DNA of 44,485 nt, from positions 1 through 44,485 of the forward strand of contig JBAYFP010000005.1 in the NCBI GenBank assembly GCA_041667145.1, in the 5' to 3' direction. This DNA comes from Minisyncoccota bacterium (GTDB lineage Bacteria; Patescibacteriota; Minisyncoccia; Phycocordibacterales; UBA9973). Shown here piece by piece: positions 1 to 9,198 of the stretch; the first letter of the stretch is position 1, and each line of letters opens with the position of its first letter. Under the pieces are notes generated by a model. That model worked only from the letters and a program-made list of their open reading frames with translations, was not told the origin of the DNA and made no database searches. A program made the position numbers and the translations under genes.

Positions 1-367
1 GACTGCAGCCACCCGTAGGTGTATGGTCCGTGTCTCAGTACCATCGGTGGGGGTCAGGCTCTCACCTCCCCTAGACGTCATAGCCTTGGTAGTCCATTAC
101 ACTACCAACTAGCTGATATCGCACAGGCCTTTCCCAAAGCGAAAAATCTTTACTCTTGCGAGACCATCGTGTATTAGTCCGTCTTTCAACGAATTATTCA
201 CGACTTTGGGGGAAGTTCCTATGTATTACTACCTCGTTCGCCACTAACCTCAAACGACCTTTGACTTGATATAATCGCATCTCAGGAAAAATGAGGTCCG
301 TTCGACTTGCATGCCTTATCCACGCCGCCAGCGTTCATCCTGAGCTAGGATCAAACTCTAACTAAAA
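1..367 (-). rRNA. rrs: 16S rRNA, 5' ~365 nt (gene continues past the window start)
   Basis: Reverse complement of 325-359 reads AGAGTTTGATCCTAGCTCAGGATGAACGCTGGCGG and of 1-22 reads ACACCTACGGGTGGCTGCAGTC (conserved 5' and 341-357 blocks of 16S). The 5' boundary is approximate. Confidence 0.93.
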
Positions 368-578
368 GTTATTAGAACGAAACAAAACAAAAAACAGCAC
401 TCAGCCATATTTTTGTTGCTCGTTAGAGTTTAACCATTGCTCTAAAAATTATTTATACTTACTCAAAAAAACAAAACAAACTTGCACTGCCCCGCAGTGG
501 CGGGGCTTGTACTTTTTCTTCACTTGTCAAAGATTAAAACAAAAGCGTCCTATCAAGTTGGTAGAGGCGCTAAAAGCA

Positions 579-607
579 AGTATATATCAAGCAAAATTGG
601 AAGTCAA
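579..607 (-). promoter_or_regulatory. candidate sigma70-type promoter of the rRNA operon
   Basis: Minus strand reads TTGACT-N17-TATACT about 210 nt upstream of the 16S 5' end. Sequence match only. Confidence 0.4.
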
Positions 608-629
608 CCCCGCCAAAGAAGCGGGATAA

Positions 630-668
630 AGCACAAAAAATGCCTATATTTTAGGCATTTTTTGTGCT
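630..668. terminator. 17-bp perfect-stem hairpin, possible bidirectional terminator/insulator upstream of the rRNA promoter
   Basis: AGCACAAAAAATGCCTA (630-646) pairs perfectly with TAGGCATTTTTTGTGCT (652-668) around a 5-nt loop, with T-rich sequence after it on the plus strand. Confidence 0.5.
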
Positions 669-773
669 ATTTTATTTCTTTACCTTTTTTGGTTTCTTTT
701 TCTCTTTTCTATGCCCATCTCCTTTTGCCATAAATTTATTTATTTATTAACCTAATAATACTTAAGTATAACA

Positions 774-850
774 CCCCGTAGTGAGTTTTGGTAATGCACG
801 AAGTGCGTAAATTTTTTAAAAAATTTACCTTACCAAAATCTACTACCGGG
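774..850. repeat. palindromic element, long form, copy A (family CCCYGTAGTRR...YYACTACRGGG)
   Basis: Arms are CCCCGTAGTGAGTTTTGGTAA (774-794) and TTACCAAAATCTACTACCGGG (830-850). The interior holds a small GCAC/GTGC hairpin and a perfect 20-bp AT palindrome (808-827). The arms nearly match copy C at 16404-16482 in the opposite orientation. Confidence 0.7.
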
Positions 851-879
851 TAACACAAAAATATAGTAGAATAACATAT

Positions 880-1521
880 ATGGCAAATAAATTAATCTAT
901 TTTGTGAGACACGGAGAGACAGAAAGTAATGCTAAAGGTATAAGGCAAGGAGCAGAAGGATCCCTTACCGAAAAAGGTAGATCTCAAGCCTTTGCTACAG
1001 CAATAAGATTCCCAAAAAAGAAAGGACGTCCTCAAGTCATCATCGCAAGTCCATTTCAAAGGACAAAAGAAACAGCAGAAATTATTGCAAGAGAATTAAA
1101 AATGCCAGTAGAATATTCTGACCTTTTAAAAGAGAGGAGAAATCCATCTGAAATAATCGGCCACTCAGGAAAAGAAAAATTAGTGGAAGATATTATAAAT
1201 CGTATCGATAAAAGTTATCATCCAGATGATTACCGATATTCTGATGAAGAAAATTTTGTGGATCTAAAAGAAAGGGCGAAAAAATTGTTAGCTTACATTA
1301 CTGAAAGACGCGAAAAAAGAATCGTCATGGTTACTCACGGCATTTTTCTAAAGATGATAATGTCTTATATGCTTTACGGGGATAAACTTACTGCATCTGA
1401 ATACAACAACCTAAGTTATTTTAACCCTGTAGACAATGCTAGTATGGCAATAGTTTCTTATATCCCCCATTGGTTTACAAAAAACGAATGGAAGCTATTG
1501 GTCTGGAATGATTTAGCCTAA
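880..1521 (+). CDS. histidine phosphatase (phosphoglycerate mutase-like) family protein
   Basis: N-terminal FVRHGETESN (RHG catalytic motif) and a later VTHG motif; 213 aa. Confidence 0.8.
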   Translation: MANKLIYFVRHGETESNAKGIRQGAEGSLTEKGRSQAFATAIRFPKKKGRPQVIIASPFQRTKETAEIIARELKMPVEYSDLLKERRNPSEIIGHSGKEKLVEDIINRIDKSYHPDDYRYSDEENFVDLKERAKKLLAYITERREKRIVMVTHGIFLKMIMSYMLYGDKLTASEYNNLSYFNPVDNASMAIVSYIPHWFTKNEWKLLVWNDLA

Positions 1522-4016
1522 TTTTTTAAAGCTGAAAAAGTGTTCACTCCCATTATTCCGTCTGCTGTAAGTTGATGATCGGTTTGAAATGCTTTGAGAG
1601 TTACTAAAGTAGAATAACCAAAGTAAGTCGTTTCTTCACCTTTTGTTATCCCATCGATTTTATAACCTTTCTCAAGAAGCATTTGTTGAAGACATTTAAC
1701 TTCAGGATTATTCATACCCTTACTTAGATTCATAACAAATGACGAACAACTTGAAGTTTGTGAATTTCCTTTATTCTCATTTGTTGCACTATTAAAGGCA
1801 TCTAACGCGTTTGAGTTCTGAGGGATACTTACTGTCGGTGTAGTTATACTAAAATAATCACTAATTATAGCTTGCTGAACACCATCTGGTAATTGAGCAT
1901 ATATACGATAATCTGATCCTGCTACAAGTGTAGCTGGGATAGTCCAAGAATGCGTGAATGCATAATCTTCAACTTCACCTGTTGTGTCAGGATAACCTTC
2001 AATAATGTTTTGCACTGAGACGTTTCCTTTGTAAAGACGCACAGCGACTCTTCTGTTTGCTCCTATCTTAATATTTATAGGCAAAATTGAGCGTGTCATA
2101 AAAGTTTGTCCTTTTGAAGGAGATACAACAGATATAGTCTGACCAACGATTGGAGGGATGGGGGTTGGAGAAGTAATAGTAAATGGTAAATTGTTACTCT
2201 GTCCACTAGATGTCTGTACTGCTACATAATAAGTCCCAGGATTTTTTGAAGGAATAGTAAATTTCATTGAATTATCTGAAGAAATCGCAGATGATATCAA
2301 ATATCCTCCACTACCAGGCTGGTCAAACCATCCTACACCCTTACTACCAATAAAACCTGAGCCACTTACAGTCACTACTGTCCCTACAGGACCAGATTTA
2401 GGAGAAAGAACGGTGATCGAAGGGACAACAACCTTTTTAGCACATGCACCATTTACTGAATATCCACTTGAACATTGATAAACCAAATTTTTTACAAGAT
2501 TATTTTCACAATACCCTTCTGCAACTCCGGTACAACTTGCACCAGAACAAACACTCCCATTAATACCCACCGATTTGTCTGTATAGGAAGTACCAATACC
2601 ATTAACTCTGTCATCTGTTATACCTACAATATCAAGATTTATCCCTCCATCAGAATCAGTACAACTTGCTGTTGGAACAACACTATTTCCAACATTCACA
2701 GTTAAACTTGAAGTATCGGTTCCACTATTGTCTCCAAGACATGGAGCAACATTACACCTAATCATATTTTCACTCTTTACAGTAAAGGTAGGCGTAAATA
2801 CTCCCGCTACACCATATGTATGATTAAATGTCGCTACTTGTTGCATACTTTGAGTGGGTAAACCAGTTGTTGTCCTAAGATTTTCATCCCCCCAAACTAC
2901 AGAATATGAAAGATTCCCTAAAGGAGCAGATGCATTCACCTTCCATGTTCCCATTTGTCCAATATTTAATGTCTGAGGTCCCTCTATTTTAGAGATAGTG
3001 GGTTGGTTAGAAGGAGTAGTTGCAGAAGTGATAGTGAAATAATTATCAGAGGAATCATAAAGCACAACACTAGAATCAGCTGCTTTTCTAGCAACTTTAA
3101 TTTTAAATTGACCACCTCTGTTAATATCAGAATTATTAGTTGGTATTGCCCAAGAATATCTACCTATAGAAGCTGGTGATTCTTCAGTTATTAACTCTGC
3201 CACATCAGTCGCATCTTTTCCTGCTAACCAAATATATACTTTATCTACTCCAATAGAAGTCCATGTAATGTTATAAGTTTTTCCTACCTGCAATGTCTCC
3301 CCTCCATTTGGTGAAAGAACTGTGATCGAAGGAGTAGTTGGAGTCTGAGTAGTAATACTAAAATAGCCACTCAATTTAGATGAACCAGATGCTAACATGT
3401 TATCTGGCAATTGAGCATGAATACGATAATCTGTTCCAATCAATAAAGAAGAAGGGATAGCCCAAGAATATGAAAATATACCATCTGTACTGTTTGAATA
3501 ACCCTCAGTAATAGTTTGTGCAACTTGATTCCCTTTATAAAGACGTAAAATCACTCTCTTGTTCAATTCTCCTGTTGCAACTCTTATAGCAACAACTGAA
3601 GCTGGTCCATAAGATTCTCCTGCTTTGGGAGATAAAATGGAGAAAGTATCAATTGGAGTCGTTCCATCACAAAAAGTTAAATCATGAATAACCTTTCTTG
3701 TTTTAGGACCAACAGATCCATCAGCAGTAAGACCATTTGCTGCCTGAAATTTTTTGACAGCATCTCGCGTAGCTTTACTAAAATACCCAGTTGGATCAGT
3801 ACTTAAATATCCGTTAGTTTGCAAAAAATCTTGAAGTGCTGAAACATCTTGAACATCATTACTTTTTTTATTTCTATTAGCATAAGAAAGACTATGCGTT
3901 ATATCTACACAGTCAGACCCCGTAGTAATTAGATCAGGATCTACTGGATCAGCAAAAGAAAACGAGGGAACTAGAATAAAACCAAATAAAAACAAGCCTA
4001 AAATATATTTCTTCAT
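1518..4016 (-). CDS. secreted multidomain surface protein with peptidoglycan-binding-like domains at both ends and Ig/PKD-like internal repeats
   Basis: Signal peptide. N- and C-terminal segments resemble PG_binding_1 (LQDFLQTNGYL...ADGSVGPKT; LQQMLLEKGY...ADGIMG). Internally duplicated modules include ...RLYKGN...GYS...YRI(H/Y)AQLPD. A PKD-like segment reads VVWGDE. Confidence 0.65.
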   Translation of the reverse strand: MKKYILGLFLFGFILVPSFSFADPVDPDLITTGSDCVDITHSLSYANRNKKSNDVQDVSALQDFLQTNGYLSTDPTGYFSKATRDAVKKFQAANGLTADGSVGPKTRKVIHDLTFCDGTTPIDTFSILSPKAGESYGPASVVAIRVATGELNKRVILRLYKGNQVAQTITEGYSNSTDGIFSYSWAIPSSLLIGTDYRIHAQLPDNMLASGSSKLSGYFSITTQTPTTPSITVLSPNGGETLQVGKTYNITWTSIGVDKVYIWLAGKDATDVAELITEESPASIGRYSWAIPTNNSDINRGGQFKIKVARKAADSSVVLYDSSDNYFTITSATTPSNQPTISKIEGPQTLNIGQMGTWKVNASAPLGNLSYSVVWGDENLRTTTGLPTQSMQQVATFNHTYGVAGVFTPTFTVKSENMIRCNVAPCLGDNSGTDTSSLTVNVGNSVVPTASCTDSDGGINLDIVGITDDRVNGIGTSYTDKSVGINGSVCSGASCTGVAEGYCENNLVKNLVYQCSSGYSVNGACAKKVVVPSITVLSPKSGPVGTVVTVSGSGFIGSKGVGWFDQPGSGGYLISSAISSDNSMKFTIPSKNPGTYYVAVQTSSGQSNNLPFTITSPTPIPPIVGQTISVVSPSKGQTFMTRSILPINIKIGANRRVAVRLYKGNVSVQNIIEGYPDTTGEVEDYAFTHSWTIPATLVAGSDYRIYAQLPDGVQQAIISDYFSITTPTVSIPQNSNALDAFNSATNENKGNSQTSSCSSFVMNLSKGMNNPEVKCLQQMLLEKGYKIDGITKGEETTYFGYSTLVTLKAFQTDHQLTADGIMGVNTFSALKN

Positions 4017-4098
4017 ATTTTTAAATAATCTTCATTAAGTTTTTAATAAACCCATTATACCCCCCCCCTATAGGAATAGCAAAATAGTTATACACAAC

Positions 4099-5094
4099 TT
4101 ATTTTTCAACTATATTATATCTATCTAAAATAGCTTCAAACATGAGTGGAGCCACTATCGTAGCGTCAGATTCTATAACAAACATTGGAGTGTGTTTTGT
4201 GAGTTTATCCCAAGTTATCTTTTCATTTGGAGTAGCACCTGAATATGAACCATAAGAGGTTGTACTATCAGAAATCTGGCAGAAATATCCCCAAGGTCGA
4301 ACCTCTTTTTTCAAATCATATTTTATAGAAGGCACTACACAAATAGGAAAATCTCCAGAGATTCCTCCTCCAATTTGGAAAAATCCTAACCCAGGACCTG
4401 CTTTTGAGAGCTCTGTATATCTGTCATAAAGATACATCATGTATTCCACACCAGTCTTCATGACAGTCGGACTCACTTCTCCCGCTTTACAATATCCAGC
4501 AAAAATATTTCCTAAGGTAGAATCCTCCCAGCCTGGCACAACAATCGGCAAATTTTTCTTCGCAGCTTCAAGGAGCCAACAATGCTCTGGATTTCCTTCG
4601 TATTTACCTTTCAATTCATCTGATAATAAAATCTGGTAAAAATATTCATGAGGAAAATATCTCTCCCCTTTCGCTTGTGCATCTTTCCATCTTTTTAAAA
4701 TAATTGGTTCTACTACACGAAAAGCTTCTTCTTCTGGTATAGATGTATCCGTCACTCTTCTTTCCCCCCTATTTAAAATAGCCTCGTCATCTTCTTTTGT
4801 AAAATATCTATAATCTGGATAATCTTTATAGCTATTGTGTGCTACTAATCTAAAGACAGACTCTTCAAGATTTGCTCCTGTGCAAGAAACAGCATGTATT
4901 TTCCCTTCTTTGATCATGGGAGCGAGAGTGATACCCATCTGAGCGGAAGACATAGCTCCACCCATAGCAAGCAACATTTTACCACCGTCATCTAAGTGTT
5001 TTTTGAAAGCAAGAGTAGCATCTTTAAAAGCACGAGCATTAAAATTATGGAATAAATTTTGAAACAAAGCTAACATTGTAATTTCTTTTTTCAT
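4099..5094 (-). CDS. deoxyhypusine synthase-like (DS family) protein
   Basis: MLLAMGGAMSSAQMGITLAPMIKEGKIHAVSCTGANLEESVFRLV aligns by eye with the NAD-binding core of deoxyhypusine/homospermidine synthases; a later IGGGISGDFP motif is present. Confidence 0.65.
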   Translation of the reverse strand: MKKEITMLALFQNLFHNFNARAFKDATLAFKKHLDDGGKMLLAMGGAMSSAQMGITLAPMIKEGKIHAVSCTGANLEESVFRLVAHNSYKDYPDYRYFTKEDDEAILNRGERRVTDTSIPEEEAFRVVEPIILKRWKDAQAKGERYFPHEYFYQILLSDELKGKYEGNPEHCWLLEAAKKNLPIVVPGWEDSTLGNIFAGYCKAGEVSPTVMKTGVEYMMYLYDRYTELSKAGPGLGFFQIGGGISGDFPICVVPSIKYDLKKEVRPWGYFCQISDSTTSYGSYSGATPNEKITWDKLTKHTPMFVIESDATIVAPLMFEAILDRYNIVEK

Positions 5095-5180
5095 ATTGAT
5101 ATTATAAACTCACAAAAAAAATATGCAAACAAAAAAACATACTTGTTGCCTTTTTGCCCAAATTATGAGATACTAGCTCT

Positions 5181-5423
5181 ATGCAATTAGTAGCTACAAT
5201 ACTTCCATATGCACAAATAGTGCTTTCAGTAGTTTTAGTGACAGCGATATTGCTCCAGCAATCAGGAGCAGGGGTAGGAGGTGCGCTCGGAGGAAGTGAT
5301 GGGGATTCTTTTCATCACACTCGCAGAGGTTTCGAAAGATTTCTTTTTTATTTATCTATTGTTTGTGGGATTCTTTTTACTTTATCTGCTTTTCTCACCA
5401 TCATAATAAAAGCAAAAATCTAA
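5181..5423 (+). CDS. secG: preprotein translocase subunit SecG
   Basis: 80 aa, two TM segments, with the characteristic LLQQSGAGVGGALGG loop. Confidence 0.7.
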   Translation: MQLVATILPYAQIVLSVVLVTAILLQQSGAGVGGALGGSDGDSFHHTRRGFERFLFYLSIVCGILFTLSAFLTIIIKAKI

Positions 5424-5452
5424 AAGAACAACACTCTCATTAAATTTTTCTT

Positions 5453-7204
5453 ATGCAAAAATTTTACATTCGTATACTTAATTTATTGCCGTCAAAAAAC
5501 GAAATAAAGAAAGCTATCTCTCATTTTTCAAAAAAAGAATATATGGTTTTTTTTAGCCTTGTTGTTATTTTTCTTATAAGCACACTAGCAATTCTTCAAA
5601 GTATTAATACATCTTTTATGACCTCTGTAGCCTTAAAAGGAGGGTCTATTTCTGAAGGTATAGTCGGTACTCCACGTTTTATAAATCCTATCATAGCAAC
5701 TTCCCAAGCTGATCAAGATATGGTAGCCCTTATCTATTCTGGGTTAATGAGAAAAAATACAGATGGCACCATTATTCCAGATCTAGCAGAAAAATATGAG
5801 ATGTCAAAAGATGGATTAATATACACTTTTACTTTAAAAGACAAAATCTATTTCCATGACAACAAACCTATAACCACCGATGATATAGTGTTTACTATAG
5901 AAAAAATAAAAGATCCAACGATGAAAAGTCCTAAAAAAGGAGGCTGGGATGGAGTCAGTGTAGAAAAAATTGATGATAAAACAATTAAATTTATATTAAA
6001 ACAACCCTATGCATCTTTTCTAGAAAATACAACATTAGGAATAATGCCTGCATATCTATGGAATACTTCCCCTATCGAACTCAATGATTCAAATACAAAC
6101 CCAATCGGTTCAGGACCATATAAAATAGCAAAAATAAGCAAACAATCTACAGGTCTAATAGATTATTATGATCTAGCTCCATTTAAAAAATTTAATCTCG
6201 GTGAACCATATATAACAAAAATGACATTACATTTTTATCAAAATGAAAACGCTTTAATATCAGCGTTAGAAAAAGGAGAAATAGATCAAATAAGTTCGAT
6301 TACTCCAGCAAATGCCCAAATATTAAAAGAAAAAAATTATCGAATAGAATCTCTGACACTCCCTCGAGTATTTGGACTCTTTTTTAATCAAAATCAAAAT
6401 CAAATTTTTACAGACAAAAACGTCATAAAAGCTATCGATTTAGCCGTTGACAAAGACAGTATTGTGCGTGATGTTTTGCTCGGATATGGTGTAGTCATCA
6501 ATGACCCGATACCACCCAACATGATAAATTACCAAAAACTAAATCAAGAAAACAATACATCTCAAGAAGAAAAAATTAAAAAAGCACAAGACATACTAAC
6601 AAAAGATGGTTGGAAAAAAGGCATAGACGGATTTCTAGAAAAAACTACTGTTGGTAAAAATAAGAAAAAAACTACCACATACATAGAATTTTCTATTTCA
6701 ACAAGTAATGCAGGAGAACTTGCCAAAACTGCTGAACTTATAAGAAAAAATCTAGAAAATATAGGAATGAAGGTCACTGTAAAAACTTTCGAGATAGGCA
6801 ACCTAAACCAAAGTGTCATACGCCCACGTCAATATGACGCTTTACTCTTTGGGCAAATTATCAATAACGAATCAGATCTATTTGCATTTTGGCATTCATC
6901 ACAACGTAAAGACCCCGGGCTCAATGTTGCGATGTATACCAATGCAAAAGTAGACAAAATATTAGAAGATGCCTCCATCACAATCGATGAAAAATCAAGG
7001 ATCAAAAAATATGCCCTGTTTGAGGATGAAATTAAAAAAGATATGCCTGCCATCTTTTTATATAGTCCTGATTTTATATATGTTGTCTCAAAAGACCTAA
7101 AAGGGTTTACTATGGATCATATCACCAATTCAGGAGACAGATTTCTAAATTCATATATGTGGTATACTAAAACAGATAATGTTTGGAAAATATTTTCCAA
7201 ATAA
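5453..7204 (+). CDS. family-5 (peptide/nickel type) ABC substrate-binding protein, N-terminally membrane anchored
   Basis: 583 aa with an N-terminal TM helix and SBP_bac_5-like sequence throughout (e.g. YTFTLKDKIYFHDNKPITTDD, PYKI). No permease or ATPase genes are adjacent. Confidence 0.7.
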   Translation: MQKFYIRILNLLPSKNEIKKAISHFSKKEYMVFFSLVVIFLISTLAILQSINTSFMTSVALKGGSISEGIVGTPRFINPIIATSQADQDMVALIYSGLMRKNTDGTIIPDLAEKYEMSKDGLIYTFTLKDKIYFHDNKPITTDDIVFTIEKIKDPTMKSPKKGGWDGVSVEKIDDKTIKFILKQPYASFLENTTLGIMPAYLWNTSPIELNDSNTNPIGSGPYKIAKISKQSTGLIDYYDLAPFKKFNLGEPYITKMTLHFYQNENALISALEKGEIDQISSITPANAQILKEKNYRIESLTLPRVFGLFFNQNQNQIFTDKNVIKAIDLAVDKDSIVRDVLLGYGVVINDPIPPNMINYQKLNQENNTSQEEKIKKAQDILTKDGWKKGIDGFLEKTTVGKNKKKTTTYIEFSISTSNAGELAKTAELIRKNLENIGMKVTVKTFEIGNLNQSVIRPRQYDALLFGQIINNESDLFAFWHSSQRKDPGLNVAMYTNAKVDKILEDASITIDEKSRIKKYALFEDEIKKDMPAIFLYSPDFIYVVSKDLKGFTMDHITNSGDRFLNSYMWYTKTDNVWKIFSK

Positions 7205-7238
7205 AAACTATTTTTATTAATAAAATAAATAAAAAATA

Positions 7239-9188
7239 ATGAGAAAAACTAGACTGCCTTTTAGCGCTTTAAGTATCGATGAGAAAAAACCTACCAAAAT
7301 AGACGTCCCACGTCTTAATACAAGGGCTCCAGACGTTGGACGTCTGGGAACCAGACGTCCAACGTCTGGAGAAAATAAGAAAAAAAATACAAAAAACTCT
7401 ACTTATCAATATTCCAAGAAAAACTATGGCCAATCCAGAAACAACAATCGTGGCTTTGGAAACAAAAATGGATACAAAAATATAATTGAAAATAAAATCC
7501 CACCACCCGGAGAAGGAGTAATCCGTATCATTCCACTCGGAGGAGTAGAAGAAATAGGGAAAAATATGACAGCGATAGAAATAGATAATGACATAGTCAT
7601 TGTAGATGCAGGTATGCATTTTTCGAACGAAGACACTCCAGGAGTAGATTATGTCATTCCCAACACGACGTATCTTGAAGAACATAAAGATAAAATACGA
7701 GGCTTATTTATAACTCATGGACACTTAGATCATATAGGAGGAGTACCAATAGTTCTTTCACGTATAGGTAATCCTCCTGTATACTCTCGTCAGCTTTCTA
7801 TACTTATGATGAGAAAACGACAAGCCGAATTCCCTCAACTACCTGCCATGAAAGAAAATATCGTTGAAAAAGATGGATCAGTCACTTGTGGAAAAATTAA
7901 AGTGAGATTTTTTGGTGTCACTCATACCATACCTGATTCATTAGGAGTAATCATAGAAACAAAAAACGGATTGATAGTGACCCCAGGAGACTACAAGTTA
8001 GATCAAGTAGACGGAGTAGTATCCAAAGAGGAAGAAAAAGAATATTCGATTTTTGACAAGGCAAAAGTGTTGCTCTTGATGACTGACTCCACAAACATAG
8101 AAAACGAAGGATTTTCCTTACCTGAAATAAAAGTACATCAGGGACTCGAAAATTTAATAAAAAGAATAAATGGAAGAATAATAATCGCTGCTTTCGCTTC
8201 TCATATCACTCGCCTCACTCATATAGTCAAAGTCGCTGAATCTTTAGGAAAAAAAATCGCTATCGATGGACGTTCAATGAAAACAAACATTGATGTCGCC
8301 ATAGAAGCCGGATATTTTAAACCAAAAAAAGATACAATCATACCTATTGAAGAAGCAAACAATTATCCACCAAATAAAGTAGTCATACTCATGACCGGCT
8401 CACAAGGAGAAGAATTTGCAGCCCTCTCAAGAGCCGCTAATAAATCTCATACAAAATTTTCAATCAAAAAAGGAGATACTATCATTCTCTCTTCTTCTAT
8501 CGTACCTGGAAACGAAATAAAAGTTCAACGTATAAAAGACAATCTATCACGTCAAGGAGTAAAAATAATAAGCTATCGTACTACTGGAGAAGATTTCGTT
8601 CATGCTACAGGACATGGAAACAAGGAAGATATAAGATGGCTCCATATAAAAACTCATCCTAAATTCTTTATTCCAATTCACGGCAACCATTACATGTTAG
8701 AACTCCACAAAGAACTCGCCCTCGAAATCGGTATGTCAGAAGAAAATATTATTATTCCAGACAACGGATCTATTATAGAAATTTCTGCTGATGGACAAAA
8801 AATGACATTACGAAAAGAAAAAGCCCCCTCAGCCCCTATGATGGTAGATGGACTCGCAATAAGTGATGTACAAGACGTCGTCATAAGAGATCGTGTCATG
8901 CTTGCCCAAGACGGAATGTTTGTCATTATAGCTCTCGTCGATCAGAAAACTGGAAAATTAAAAAAATCTCCTGACTTAATATCACGCGGATTTGTTTATC
9001 TAAAAGAAAACCAAGAACTTCTACGTCAGGTAAGAATCATCATAAAAAAAGGAGTAGAAGATGGAAATGTGAGAATGCCTATAGATCTCGATCAGATAAA
9101 AGCTAACCTTGGTGAGACAGTTTCAAAATTCCTATATCAAAAAACAGCAAAAAGACCATTAGTCATTCCTGTAGTTTTAAGTATCTAA
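7239..9188 (+). CDS. rnj: ribonuclease J with an ~85-aa basic low-complexity N-terminal extension
   Basis: IRIIPLGGVEEIGKNMTAIE, the HGHLDHIGG metallo-beta-lactamase motif, beta-CASP and a C-terminal domain. The only in-frame ATG upstream of the conserved core is at 7239. Confidence 0.9.
   Translation: MRKTRLPFSALSIDEKKPTKIDVPRLNTRAPDVGRLGTRRPTSGENKKKNTKNSTYQYSKKNYGQSRNNNRGFGNKNGYKNIIENKIPPPGEGVIRIIPLGGVEEIGKNMTAIEIDNDIVIVDAGMHFSNEDTPGVDYVIPNTTYLEEHKDKIRGLFITHGHLDHIGGVPIVLSRIGNPPVYSRQLSILMMRKRQAEFPQLPAMKENIVEKDGSVTCGKIKVRFFGVTHTIPDSLGVIIETKNGLIVTPGDYKLDQVDGVVSKEEEKEYSIFDKAKVLLLMTDSTNIENEGFSLPEIKVHQGLENLIKRINGRIIIAAFASHITRLTHIVKVAESLGKKIAIDGRSMKTNIDVAIEAGYFKPKKDTIIPIEEANNYPPNKVVILMTGSQGEEFAALSRAANKSHTKFSIKKGDTIILSSSIVPGNEIKVQRIKDNLSRQGVKIISYRTTGEDFVHATGHGNKEDIRWLHIKTHPKFFIPIHGNHYMLELHKELALEIGMSEENIIIPDNGSIIEISADGQKMTLRKEKAPSAPMMVDGLAISDVQDVVIRDRVMLAQDGMFVIIALVDQKTGKLKKSPDLISRGFVYLKENQELLRQVRIIIKKGVEDGNVRMPIDLDQIKANLGETVSKFLYQKTAKRPLVIPVVLSI
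7327..7371. repeat. 45-bp GC-rich palindrome embedded in frame in rnj
   Basis: CTCCAGACGTTGGACGTCTGG-GAA-CCAGACGTCCAACGTCTGGAG (21-bp arms, 3-nt loop). The 21-mer CAGACGTTGGACGTCTGGGAA is identical to 15740-15760. Confidence 0.9.
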
Positions 9189-9198
9189 AATAACGATA

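Noticed and set aside
482-733. 83-aa ORF in the rRNA upstream region.
   Set aside because: It lies across the rRNA leader/promoter region and a 17-bp-stem hairpin, is low-complexity, and has no coding-like periodicity.
2475-2705. Numerous 60-140-aa ORFs antisense to large genes, for example 2475-2705, 6562-7053, 7269-7685, 33785-34024 and 39443-40158.
   Set aside because: Each lies fully inside a longer, motif-supported gene on the opposite strand. They are typical shadow ORFs in AT-rich DNA.
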